A stretch of DNA of 64,000 bases from an uncultured delta proteobacterium (GTDB lineage Bacteria > Myxococcota_A > Polyangia > Polyangiales > Polyangiaceae). The DNA is taken from the NCBI GenBank assembly GCA_963826085.1, contig CAWGVN010000002.1, positions 1 to 64,000 on the forward strand, written 5' to 3'. The notes below the pieces were generated by a model that saw only the letters and a program-made list of their open reading frames with translations, had not been told where the DNA came from and did not search any database. Every line of letters starts with the position of its first letter. Positions within the stretch are counted from its first letter, which is position 1. The translations under genes and the position numbers were made by a program. Shown one piece after another: positions 25,443 to 33,510 of the stretch.

Positions 25443-25934
25443 ATGGGACTCAAGAAGATCGCAGACACGCTGGTAGAAAAGCTCGAGAGCATCGGCTGGG
25501 TGGCGCCGTTGTTGGGCCGCCTCTCGGTGGGGCTTCTCTTCCTTTCCACCGGATGGGGGAAAGTGCATCACGTCGACAAGATCACGCACTTCTTCCAGAC
25601 CCTTGGTATTCCCGCTCCGGGGTTCAACGCGGTGTTGGTAGGCTATAGCGAGCTCATCTGCGGTTCGCTCCTGGTTATCGGGCTCCTCACGCGACTCGCT
25701 ACGATTCCGCTCATCGTGAGTATGATCGTCGCGATCCTCACTGCCAAGCTCAAGAGCATCCACGGTCTATTCGATCTGGTGGGGGCCGATGAATTCACGT
25801 ATCTGTGCGTGCTCATCATGGTCGGCGTGATCGGCCCCGGGCTCTTGTCGCTCGATCATCTGGTCGCCAGGCGCCTCTGGCCGAAGTCCGGGGCTGCACC
25901 GGAGCGGGAGCCGGAGCGGCAGCAGGCGGAGTAG
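25443..25934 (+). CDS. DoxX-family membrane protein
   Basis: MGLKKIADTLVEKLESIGWVAPLLGRLSVGLLFLSTGWGKV... has four predicted TM helices typical of DoxX. Confidence 0.8.
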   Translation: MGLKKIADTLVEKLESIGWVAPLLGRLSVGLLFLSTGWGKVHHVDKITHFFQTLGIPAPGFNAVLVGYSELICGSLLVIGLLTRLATIPLIVSMIVAILTAKLKSIHGLFDLVGADEFTYLCVLIMVGVIGPGLLSLDHLVARRLWPKSGAAPEREPERQQAE

Positions 25935-25935
25935 C

Positions 25936-27510
25936 TCACGGCATCGGCCTCGAGTGTGCGGACGGCGCTTCCGGCACCGACGGCCAGCCGCCGCTCCACT
26001 CCACGGTATCGACGAGCATCAGACGCTGGTCGCCGGGGCCGTTCACGTGGCCGCTCTGCCAGGCGTGGTAGACGATGTAGGTGTCGGTCGGTGTGTCGAG
26101 CACCGAGCAGTGTCCGGGCCCAATCCACCGGCTGCTGCTCGAGAGGATCGGTCCGCCCTTCTTCTGGTACGGACCGAGCGGCGAGCTCGAGCGCGCGACG
26201 CCGACCGCGTACGTCGCGTTGTAGTACGCGTTGCCGCTGTAGAAGAGGTAGTAGTAGCCGCCGCGCGCGACGACCCACGGCCCTTCCACCACGCTGCCTT
26301 CCCAGCCCTGGTTGTTCACGATGAGCTGGACGCGCGAGCCGGTGAGCGCCGTGCCGTTCGCCGAGAGCTTCTGGCCGTAGATGGGCGTCGGCTTTCCGAG
26401 CGCGTTGCCATCCGCCTTCCACACCAGGTACGGCGTTCCGCTCGAGTCGGTGAACTCGCTTGGATCGATCATGCCCATCGACGCGTCGTGCACCAGCGGC
26501 TGTCCGATGTCGGTGAACGGGCCGAGCGCGCTCGACGCGGTGGCGGCGCCGACCGAGAGCTGCCCGTCCTGGGCGCGCGCGGTGAAGTAGGCGACGTAGT
26601 GGCTGCCTACCTTGTGGATCTCCGGGGCCCAGAAGTCGCTCTTCGCCCACGACGGCTTGTTTGCCGACGGGAAGATCGAGCCGGCGGAGGTCCAGTGCAC
26701 CAGATCGGGCGACGTCCTGATCGGGAACGCGTTGGTCGCGTTGCCGCTCGTGCAGACGACGACGTACTGGTTGCCGTCGTGAAGCACGCCCGGATCCGCG
26801 CAGCCGGTGGGGATGACGGGGTTCTCGTACAGGCCGCCGCATCCCTCGTAGCGGAACGACATTGCGCAGCTGCCGTTGAAGTGCGGCGCCCAGCCGTTGG
26901 AGAGTGTGGCGTACGACGTGGCGCCCTGGTTCGTGCAGGAGCGGTTCCAGAACACGCGCCGGCCAACGTCGTCGTACTGGGCGGGATGGTTCTGCGGCGG
27001 GAGCCAGTCGCTGCCGTATGTGATGCGCGTCGTGCATTGGGTTGGACCGCCGCAGGTGGTGTCGAGCGCGATCACGCAGGCGCTGTGCCCGGAGAAGACC
27101 GGCTGCCAGCCATTGGAGAGCGTGGCCGTCGAGTTCTGTCCGCTGTCCTGGCATGAGCCGTCCCAGGTGACGCTGCCTTTCACCTCGTCGAATTGATCGG
27201 GGTGATTCGACGCATGGATCCAGGCATCGCCGTAGGTGATGCGCGTGGTGCAAGGCGTCGCGCCGCCGCTGCCGCCCGATCCGGCGTTGCCGCCCGATCC
27301 GGCGGCGCCGCTCGTGCCGCCGGCGCCGCTGTCGGCGCCCGCCTCGGCGCCGCTTCCTCCGCCGCCCGAGTCCGTCGCTGCAAAGCCGGCCGTGGAGACG
27401 TCCCTGTCCGTGGATGCGTCACTCGCGGAGCGCGAGCTGGTCCCGCTTCCGCAGCCGTACGCGAAGGCGACTGCGAGGGCAGAACAAGCGGCGATTCGAG
27501 TCGTGCGCAC
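25936..27510 (-). CDS. glycoside hydrolase family 43 lipoprotein with two N-terminal Cys-containing repeat modules
   Basis: The C-terminal half has the GH43 five-bladed propeller pattern (...GCADPGVLHDGNQYVVVCTS...DFWAPEIHKVGSHYVAYFTA...MIDPSEFTDSSGTPYLVWK...EGPWVVARGGYYYLFYSG). Lipobox AFAYGC. Two repeats of about 70 aa begin CTTRITYG. Confidence 0.75.
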   Translation of the reverse strand: MRTTRIAACSALAVAFAYGCGSGTSSRSASDASTDRDVSTAGFAATDSGGGGSGAEAGADSGAGGTSGAAGSGGNAGSGGSGGATPCTTRITYGDAWIHASNHPDQFDEVKGSVTWDGSCQDSGQNSTATLSNGWQPVFSGHSACVIALDTTCGGPTQCTTRITYGSDWLPPQNHPAQYDDVGRRVFWNRSCTNQGATSYATLSNGWAPHFNGSCAMSFRYEGCGGLYENPVIPTGCADPGVLHDGNQYVVVCTSGNATNAFPIRTSPDLVHWTSAGSIFPSANKPSWAKSDFWAPEIHKVGSHYVAYFTARAQDGQLSVGAATASSALGPFTDIGQPLVHDASMGMIDPSEFTDSSGTPYLVWKADGNALGKPTPIYGQKLSANGTALTGSRVQLIVNNQGWEGSVVEGPWVVARGGYYYLFYSGNAYYNATYAVGVARSSSPLGPYQKKGGPILSSSSRWIGPGHCSVLDTPTDTYIVYHAWQSGHVNGPGDQRLMLVDTVEWSGGWPSVPEAPSAHSRPMP

Positions 27511-27651
27511 CGCGATCAGGGTCGGCGGTGCGCACCGCCGGTGTCAAGCAATACGCGAGGCGACCTCGCGCTGCGACAACCCGTGCGACGAAATAAAAAA
27601 TTCGAGCACCCGCCTCCGCCGGCGTGTGCCGGCGGAGGCGGGCCCCGACGC

Positions 27652-28755
27652 TCAGCTCGGGAGCTTGCCCTGGCCGAGCAGGTCGGCCGGAAGCAGCGCC
27701 TTGAGCGAATCGGCGCCGACCACGAGGCGCACCTCCTGGATGCGGCTCGCGATCTCCTTGATGCTCTCGAGCTCCTTCAGGCGCAGCAGCACCGGCTGCT
27801 CCGCCATGACGCGCGCGGTGTTCGCGAGCGAACGGGTCGCGGCCGTCTCCTCGCGACGGAGGATGACGTTGGCCGCGGCCTCCTTCTCGGCCTCGATGAC
27901 GCGGTTGAGAAGAGTCTTCATCTCACCCGGCAGGACGATGTCCTTGAGACCGACGCGCTCGATGCGCACGCCCAGCCGCGCCGCCTTCGGCACCGAATCC
28001 TCCTCGAGGAATCGGGTCAGGGCGTCGCGGCCCTCGAGCAGCTCGTCCAGGGTGACGCCCGAGACGAACTGACGCGCGGCGAGCTGCACGACGAGGTAGA
28101 CCGCATCGCGCACGTTCGAGATCGAGGTCACGACCTTGGCCGGGTCCTCGATCGCGTACTCGACCGTGAGCGTCAGGCGCAGGCTCACCTTGTCACGGGT
28201 GAGCAGCTCCTGACCCACGAGCGACACCTGCTCGCTGCGCATGTCGACGGCCGACAGCTGGACCTCCGCGCCCGGGTGCGACCAGAAGGCGTAGCGACCC
28301 GGCTCGAGCACGCGCTCGAGCTTGCCGCGCACGAACATCAGGCCGCGCTGGTGCGCGATGACCGTGACGAGAGCGTACTCGCTCTTCGGCACGACGGCCT
28401 TGAGCTCATCGGTCAGCTCCGGCATCGGCTCGTCGACGCGGTACACCTCGAGCGATACCTCCGGATCGACAATCCAGTAGCGGTGCGTACCCGGACGCAG
28501 GAACACGGCCGGCACGCCGTCCTCGTACAGGACGCCGCGCTCCAGTGCGCCGAGCGTCACCTCGGCGTACCAGTCGGCCGGCAGGAGCGCGCGCACGGCC
28601 GGCTCGGCACGGAACACGAGCTCCCTCACGTTGAAGCGCACCTCGCCGAGGCGCGCTCCCCACACGCGGTGGCGGCCCGGGCCGAGTGCCCTGAGCGGCA
28701 CACCGTCCTTGAGCACGACCACACGCTCGAACAGACGAACATCATAGTGCTTCAT
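27652..28755 (-). CDS. SPFH/Band-7 (slipin/HflC-like) domain protein
   Basis: MKHYDVRLFERVVVLKDG... with a central SPFH block (LLTRDKVSLRLTLTVEYAIEDPAKVVTSISNVRDAVYLVVQLAARQFVSGVTLDELL...) and a C-terminal coiled-coil. Confidence 0.8.
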   Translation of the reverse strand: MKHYDVRLFERVVVLKDGVPLRALGPGRHRVWGARLGEVRFNVRELVFRAEPAVRALLPADWYAEVTLGALERGVLYEDGVPAVFLRPGTHRYWIVDPEVSLEVYRVDEPMPELTDELKAVVPKSEYALVTVIAHQRGLMFVRGKLERVLEPGRYAFWSHPGAEVQLSAVDMRSEQVSLVGQELLTRDKVSLRLTLTVEYAIEDPAKVVTSISNVRDAVYLVVQLAARQFVSGVTLDELLEGRDALTRFLEEDSVPKAARLGVRIERVGLKDIVLPGEMKTLLNRVIEAEKEAAANVILRREETAATRSLANTARVMAEQPVLLRLKELESIKEIASRIQEVRLVVGADSLKALLPADLLGQGKLPS

Positions 28756-29269
28756 GGCTCGAAGCCTCCAAGCCGGAACCGCCGGCATGCGGGGAGACAC
28801 GGGGTCTCCGTTGATCGAGTTCATCCCTGGGGACCGCGAGCGCGAGCGAGCCCGCGATGAGCGAGTCGCCGCCCGGAGGGCGGCGCAGCGAGTCGCGTCG
28901 GGGGTCCGGGGGCGGTGAGCCCCCGGCGGAGGATTACGGCGGGGGTGGGTGGGTGGGATGGAGAAGGGGGTCCTGTCGGCAGGGTCGCCCGATGGGCTCG
29001 TCCGCACCGCGCCGGCGCGCGCTTCACGAAGCGCACGCGTTTGCGAAGAGAAGAGCGCCATCACGGACCCGGCGCGGCGCGGGAAAGCGGGGCTCCGACG
29101 CAGGGACGGTGGCGGTCGCCGCGACGATGGTCGCCGTCCGTACGAAGGAGCGCTGCTGTCCCGGGCACGCGTCGGGGATCACCGCGAGCGCGCGAGCGCG
29201 CTCCGGCGAAGGGGCTGGCCTGCCGACCGGGACCGGTTTGCGTGAAGACGTTACAGGTCTTCTGGCTTT

Positions 29270-29342
29270 ACGGATTGTCATTCCGTTGCTCTACCTGGCT
29301 GAGCTACATGCGCTCTCGCACATGGCGGGATTCGAACCCGCG
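29270..29342 (-). other. tRNA-Val(GAC)-like locus with permuted/rearranged order: T-arm + 3' acceptor strand directly followed by 5' acceptor, D-arm and anticodon arm
   Basis: Minus strand: GCGGG-TTCGAAT-CCCGC-CATGTGC-G-AGA-GCGCATG-TA-GCTC-AGCCAGGTA-GAGC-A-ACGGA-AUGACAA-TCCGT. The 5' half is a clean tRNA 5' half (anticodon GAC) but no T-arm follows it. Instead a perfect T-arm plus a 7-nt 3' acceptor strand complementary to the 5' acceptor (with G3-U70) precedes it. Confidence 0.4.
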
Positions 29343-29727
29343 GCTGGTCGACATCCCGCGGAACGCACCGGCCCGATACCAAAGGCAAGAACGCATTGCG
29401 CGCAGCCCAGGGCAGGGTGGTGTGCCGTGTGTCGAGATGCCGGAGCGACGAGCGGGAATTGCACCCGCATCCCCGGAGTGGCGCTCCAGGATCCTTCTGG
29501 TTGGACGATCGTCGCAGCGGCCGTCGAGACGCGAACGCGCTCTGGCGCACGCGCTCACGGCGGCGGCGGAAGCAGGAGGAGTCGCACCCCACACCTCGCA
29601 GTGCGCACCCGCTGATGGCGGGGCCCGCCCCTACGGACGGATCTGACCAGCGCCAACAGCGCGAGCACGCAAATCGTCAACGCGCGCATCCGCAGCAGTG
29701 AAACCGCGACGGCGACGCGAGTCAACG

Positions 29728-29757
29728 AGGTGCGGGGCCGGAGAATCGAACTCCGCT
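29728..29757 (-). other. orphan tRNA 3'-end-like fragment (T-arm + acceptor strand)
   Basis: Minus strand CGGAG-TTCGATT-CTCCG-GCCCCGC-A-CC. No matching 5' acceptor (GCGGGGC) was found within the upstream 90 nt, so it is not a complete tRNA. Confidence 0.35.
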
Positions 29758-29849
29758 TTTTCCACCTTGTCGCCGCTGGCGAGCTGCAGCGTCCCGGCCA
29801 TCGGGGTGGCGGCACATAAGAGGAGAACTCGGCTACTCTAGGGGCGCCG

Positions 29850-30338
29850 ATGGCGGACGTGGACAAGGCCCTGCTGATCGAGGCGGCTGTCGCGCGGCTG
29901 CGCGAGGAGGCGGAGGCGCTGCGCGAGTCGGCGCGCCAGACGCGCGAGGGCGCCATCCACGAGGAGAGCCGCGCCGAGAACGACAAGGACACGCGCGGCC
30001 TGGAGGCGAGCTACCTCGCTCGCGGGCAGGCCGCCCGCGTGGAAGAGACCGAGGGTGCGGTCACGAAGCTGTCCTATCTCGAGCTGCGATCCTTCGGTCC
30101 GGACGATCCGATCGCGCTGTCGGCGCTGGTGACCACCGAAGTCGACGGCGCCGAGCGGCGCTATTTCCTCGTGCCCGATGGGGGCGGCCAGCGCTTGAAG
30201 GTGGGCGGGGTCGAGGTCCAGCTTCTGACGCCGGTGTCTCCGGTGGGGCGCGCGCTGATCGGCAAGCGCGCGGGCGACAGCTTCGAGCTGAAGCTGGCCG
30301 GTGGCCTCAGGGAGTACGAGATCGTCGAAGTCCGCTAG
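29850..30338 (+). CDS. GreA/GreB-family transcription elongation factor-like protein
   Basis: N-terminal coiled-coil (LIEAAVARLREEAEALRESARQTREGAIHEESRAEN) and C-terminal FKBP-like domain (RRYFLVPDGGGQRLKVGGVEVQLLTPVSPVGRALIGKRAGDSFEL). Confidence 0.7.
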   Translation: MADVDKALLIEAAVARLREEAEALRESARQTREGAIHEESRAENDKDTRGLEASYLARGQAARVEETEGAVTKLSYLELRSFGPDDPIALSALVTTEVDGAERRYFLVPDGGGQRLKVGGVEVQLLTPVSPVGRALIGKRAGDSFELKLAGGLREYEIVEVR

Positions 30339-30343
30339 GGCCG

Positions 30344-31186
30344 GTGTCGTCGAACCACTTCGCGGCGAAACCGGCTTCCGGTATCGTGCGCGGCGTGTCG
30401 AACAGAAAGACAGCGATTGTCACGGGAGCGTCCAGCGGGATCGGGGCCGAGTGTGCCCGCCTGCTTGCGGGGCGCGGCTACGACGTAGTGATCGTGGCGC
30501 GGCGGCTCAAGCGGCTGGAAGCGCTCGCGAAGGAGATCGAGTCCGCGCATGGCGTCCGCGTGACGCCGATGCAGCTCGACATCTCCGTAGCGGGCGCGGC
30601 AGAGGAGCTGTTCGCGCGGACGGAGGGCGCGGGCATCGCCATCGAGGTGCTCGTCAACAACGCCGGCTTCGGCACACAGGGGTTCTTCCCCGACATCCCG
30701 TGGGACAAGACTGCCGAGCAGCTCCAGCTCAACGTCGTCTCGCTCACCGAGCTCACCCAGCGCTTCACCGCGGCGATGCGCGCCCGCGGCGCCGGCTACG
30801 TGCTGAATGTCGCCTCCATCGGCGCCTACATGCCGGTGCCCGGCTACGCCACCTATGCGGCGGGCAAGGCGTATGTCCGCAACTTCTCCGAAGCGCTCGC
30901 CCACGAGCTGCGCGGCAGCGGCGTCCAGGTGTGCTGCCTGTGTCCGGGGCCGACCGAAACCGAGTTCATCGCCGTATCCGGGCAAAGCGTGCCCGCGTGG
31001 CAGAAGATCGCGTTCATGAGCGCGGGGCGCTGCGCGCGCATCGGCATCCGCGCGCTCTTCAGCGGGCGCCGCCTGGTCGTGAGCGGCTTCGTGAACACGC
31101 TGATGATGTGGTCGCTGCGCTGGTTGCCACGGCGCCTCGTCACCTGGTCGGCGGCCCTTTTCATGGAAGGGCCGCGCCCCGCGTGA
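30344..31186 (+). CDS. SDR-family oxidoreductase
   Basis: TAIVTGASSGIGAECARLLAGRGYDVVIVARR...VLVNNAGFG...YAAGKAYV is the Rossmann TGxxxGxG plus YxxxK catalytic motif. Confidence 0.8.
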   Translation: MSSNHFAAKPASGIVRGVSNRKTAIVTGASSGIGAECARLLAGRGYDVVIVARRLKRLEALAKEIESAHGVRVTPMQLDISVAGAAEELFARTEGAGIAIEVLVNNAGFGTQGFFPDIPWDKTAEQLQLNVVSLTELTQRFTAAMRARGAGYVLNVASIGAYMPVPGYATYAAGKAYVRNFSEALAHELRGSGVQVCCLCPGPTETEFIAVSGQSVPAWQKIAFMSAGRCARIGIRALFSGRRLVVSGFVNTLMMWSLRWLPRRLVTWSAALFMEGPRPA

Positions 31187-31296
31187 CGCCGCGGGAAGAT
31201 AGTGCCCGTTTTGCGTCCGGGCCAGACGGGCGACGACTCGACGATGCGCGGGGATGCTTGGCTTTCGGGAACAGCCGCGCAGAAGTCGTCGCCGGG

Positions 31297-31827
31297 CTAG
31301 GAGATGCCTGCGCGGGCAGTGCCCGCACAGAAGTCGCGCCACTCGATCGGCGCCGTCGTCGGATCGACGAGCGGAGCCGTGAGCGGCAGTGAGGCCGGGC
31401 GCCACGGCGGCTTCAGGGGCCGCATGCGCGCCTCGTCCGGTGTCTTGTCTGCCTTCCGCGCGTTGCACGGATAGCAGGCGGTCACGATGTTCTCCCAGAC
31501 CGTTCGGCCGCCGCGCGAACGCGGCAGCACGTGGTCGTAGGTGAGCTTCGACATCGGCAGCCGCGTACGGCAGTAGGCGCAGGTGAAGTTGTCGCGCAGG
31601 TAGACGTTGAAACGCGAGAACTTCACGCCACGCTTCACTGCCGCGAGCCGCCCCTTGAGGCGGATCACCGCCGGCAGCCGTATGACCGTGGACGGCGAGC
31701 GGACCTCGTCGTCGTAGTTGGCGATCACGTCCACCTTCTCCAGGTAGACGAGCGTGATCGCCTCCTGCCACCCGATCACCTTGTGCGGGAAGTACCACGG
31801 AGTGAGCACGAGCGTTCGCGCGGTCAT
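31297..31827 (-). CDS. HNH endonuclease-domain protein
   Basis: ...FTCAYCRTRLPMSKLTYDHVLPRSRGGRTVWENIVTACYPCNARKADK is the HNH motif (C-x2-C ... H-N...N ... C-x2-C). Confidence 0.75.
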   Translation of the reverse strand: MTARTLVLTPWYFPHKVIGWQEAITLVYLEKVDVIANYDDEVRSPSTVIRLPAVIRLKGRLAAVKRGVKFSRFNVYLRDNFTCAYCRTRLPMSKLTYDHVLPRSRGGRTVWENIVTACYPCNARKADKTPDEARMRPLKPPWRPASLPLTAPLVDPTTAPIEWRDFCAGTARAGIS

Positions 31828-32198
31828 GGGTCACCTGCCTTGTCTTGGGGTTTCTGTGTGTTCTCCTTTCGCTGGGCCTCCCTGCCTGGAGTTGAACCAG
31901 GAAACCCGGTTTCGTAGACCGGGGCCTGCGTCCGGCAGGACAGGGAGCGGGTGTGGCGCAGCGAACGTGCTTGCGCCGATGGCGCCCGCGAAGGGAATCG
32001 CACCCTCCTCACTGGATCGACAATCCAGCCGCTTCACTAGATGCGTACGCGGGCTGCCGGGCAGCCGTGGCGGGCTGCCCGTGGGAAGCGCGCGCACCAA
32101 CGCGTTGGCGGTGATGGACGCGCTTCCCGTCGCACGGATTGTCAGAGAACAGGGCGCACCACGGCGCCGACCGCACAGGGCCTGGTCCTGATCCGGAC

Positions 32199-32250
32199 CT
32201 CGAAATGCAGAAAAGCCGCCTGGGAGGACCCGAGGCGGCTTCTCGAACGC
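32199..32250. repeat. conserved hairpin motif, copy 1 (CGAAATGCAG-AAAGCCGCC...GGCGGCTT-CTCGAA)
   Basis: cgaaatgcagaaaagccgcctgggaggacccgaggcggcttctcgaa has an 8-bp stem AAGCCGCC/GGCGGCTT flanked by conserved CGAAATGCAG and CTCGAA. It lies in a 0.9 kb region with no convincing CDS. Confidence 0.4.
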
Positions 32251-32488
32251 TGCAATGAGCGACGATGCCACCTACGTGATCATCACCTCCAGGCTTCCGC
32301 CAGCCGCGAAATCAGGGCGCAGTGCGGTATGCGACAACACGCACTTGTCCTGGACCGCGACAAGCAGATACGGAGTCCGCTGCAGAGCGGATTGTCGGTT
32401 CATGGGTCGTGTCATATGTCCTTCGGGTTCGAGGGTGAGGGGTGGGTTCTGCTTGGGCTTCCCGGCGCCGGCGGCGTCTCGAAAGGGC

Positions 32489-32545
32489 CGAAATGCAGCG
32501 AAGCCGCCGGGATTTCCGCGGCGGCTTCGAGAATACCCGCGAGGG
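32489..32545. repeat. conserved hairpin motif, copy 2
   Basis: ccgaaatgcagcgaagccgccgggatttccgcggcggcttcgagaa has the same flanks and stem (AAGCCGCCG/CGGCGGCTT) with a different loop, about 290 bp downstream of copy 1. Confidence 0.4.
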
Positions 32546-32755
32546 GTATGCTGTCCGGAGCCGCCTATCCGGAATCGCCTCCGACCGCCTGGGGGCGGAG
32601 GTTCAACGCAGCGCGCCACTCGGTGCGATGCGTATCGAGGATTGTAGAACTGGTCTTCATGTAACGGTGTCTGATGGGTACGCGATGATTCAACGTCTGT
32701 CAACGCTCGAAGTTTCAATTTTTCTTTCGTCGAGTTGTCCGTCTCCTGGTCAGCG

Positions 32756-33480
32756 TCACGACGCCGCCGGTACCCCGCGCTCTGGTTGGGGGCGCTCTTG
32801 TTCGAACTGGGCGTAGTGCCGGTACCAGAACCAGAACGACAGCGCGCCCAGGAGGTGCCAGGCAGCGTGGCCCGTGAAGATGTGGTTGTCCGGATTGCAG
32901 GCGACACCGAGCTTGTCGAGCCACCACAGCGTGTATGACAGCACGAAGGTGATTCCCACCGCGATCAGCGCGCCGTAGCGCGTCTGTTTGCGGTAACGGA
33001 ACGCCGCCGCCAGCTCGAGCGACAGGAACACGACGACGTGCGCGATGAACAGCACGATGCCGGCGCTCGTGAAGAGCAGGAGCAGCGCTGCCGAAGCGAC
33101 GACGAGCGCGGCATAGATGGCGATTTCCGTGCGCGGCCGCAGCGGCCGGAGCCGGGCGATGTTCAGGGTGATGAACAGGCTCGACTCGAGGAACATCACT
33201 CCCTGGTCGAGCATCTGCCCGAACAGCGTGCCCGTCGCGTGCAGCGCAGCGGAGGCGATGCCGGTCAGGATCGCGATCGGCCCCAGCCATCCGGCGCGGG
33301 GCGTGCTCGCGTCGCGACGCCCAGATCACGACCACGCCGGCGACGACGAAGCCCAGGTTCGACCAGGTGTTCGCCGGCTGGGTCACCCACGCGCAGAGAT
33401 CGCGCTCGCAGAAGTGGAGATTGGCCGGCGCGAAGCCGCTCCACGGGCACATCCCGGGCGCATGCACCGCGCCAGAGTGG
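32756..33480 (-). pseudogene. ceramidase-like polytopic membrane protein with apparent frameshift
   Basis: An N-terminal segment in one frame (...FCERDLCAWVTQPANTWSNLGFVVAGVVVIW) has a ceramidase-like start. The remaining TM helices plus IFTGHAAWHLLGALSFWFWY are in another frame (ORF 32756..33214). The switch is near 33220 to 33300. The family is a tentative guess. Confidence 0.4.
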
Positions 33481-33510
33481 CCGTAGCGCCGGAGTGCGGC
33501 AAGCGGGATC

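Noticed and set aside
29240-29820. tmRNA (ssrA), including two-piece permuted form, as explanation for the tRNA-like fragments
   Set aside because: The 5' piece has a full D-arm and a Val anticodon arm, which tmRNA lacks. No tag-peptide reading frame or GGGG(C)UG 5' acceptor was found. A one-piece tmRNA ending at 29728 would have to extend into the GreA-like CDS.
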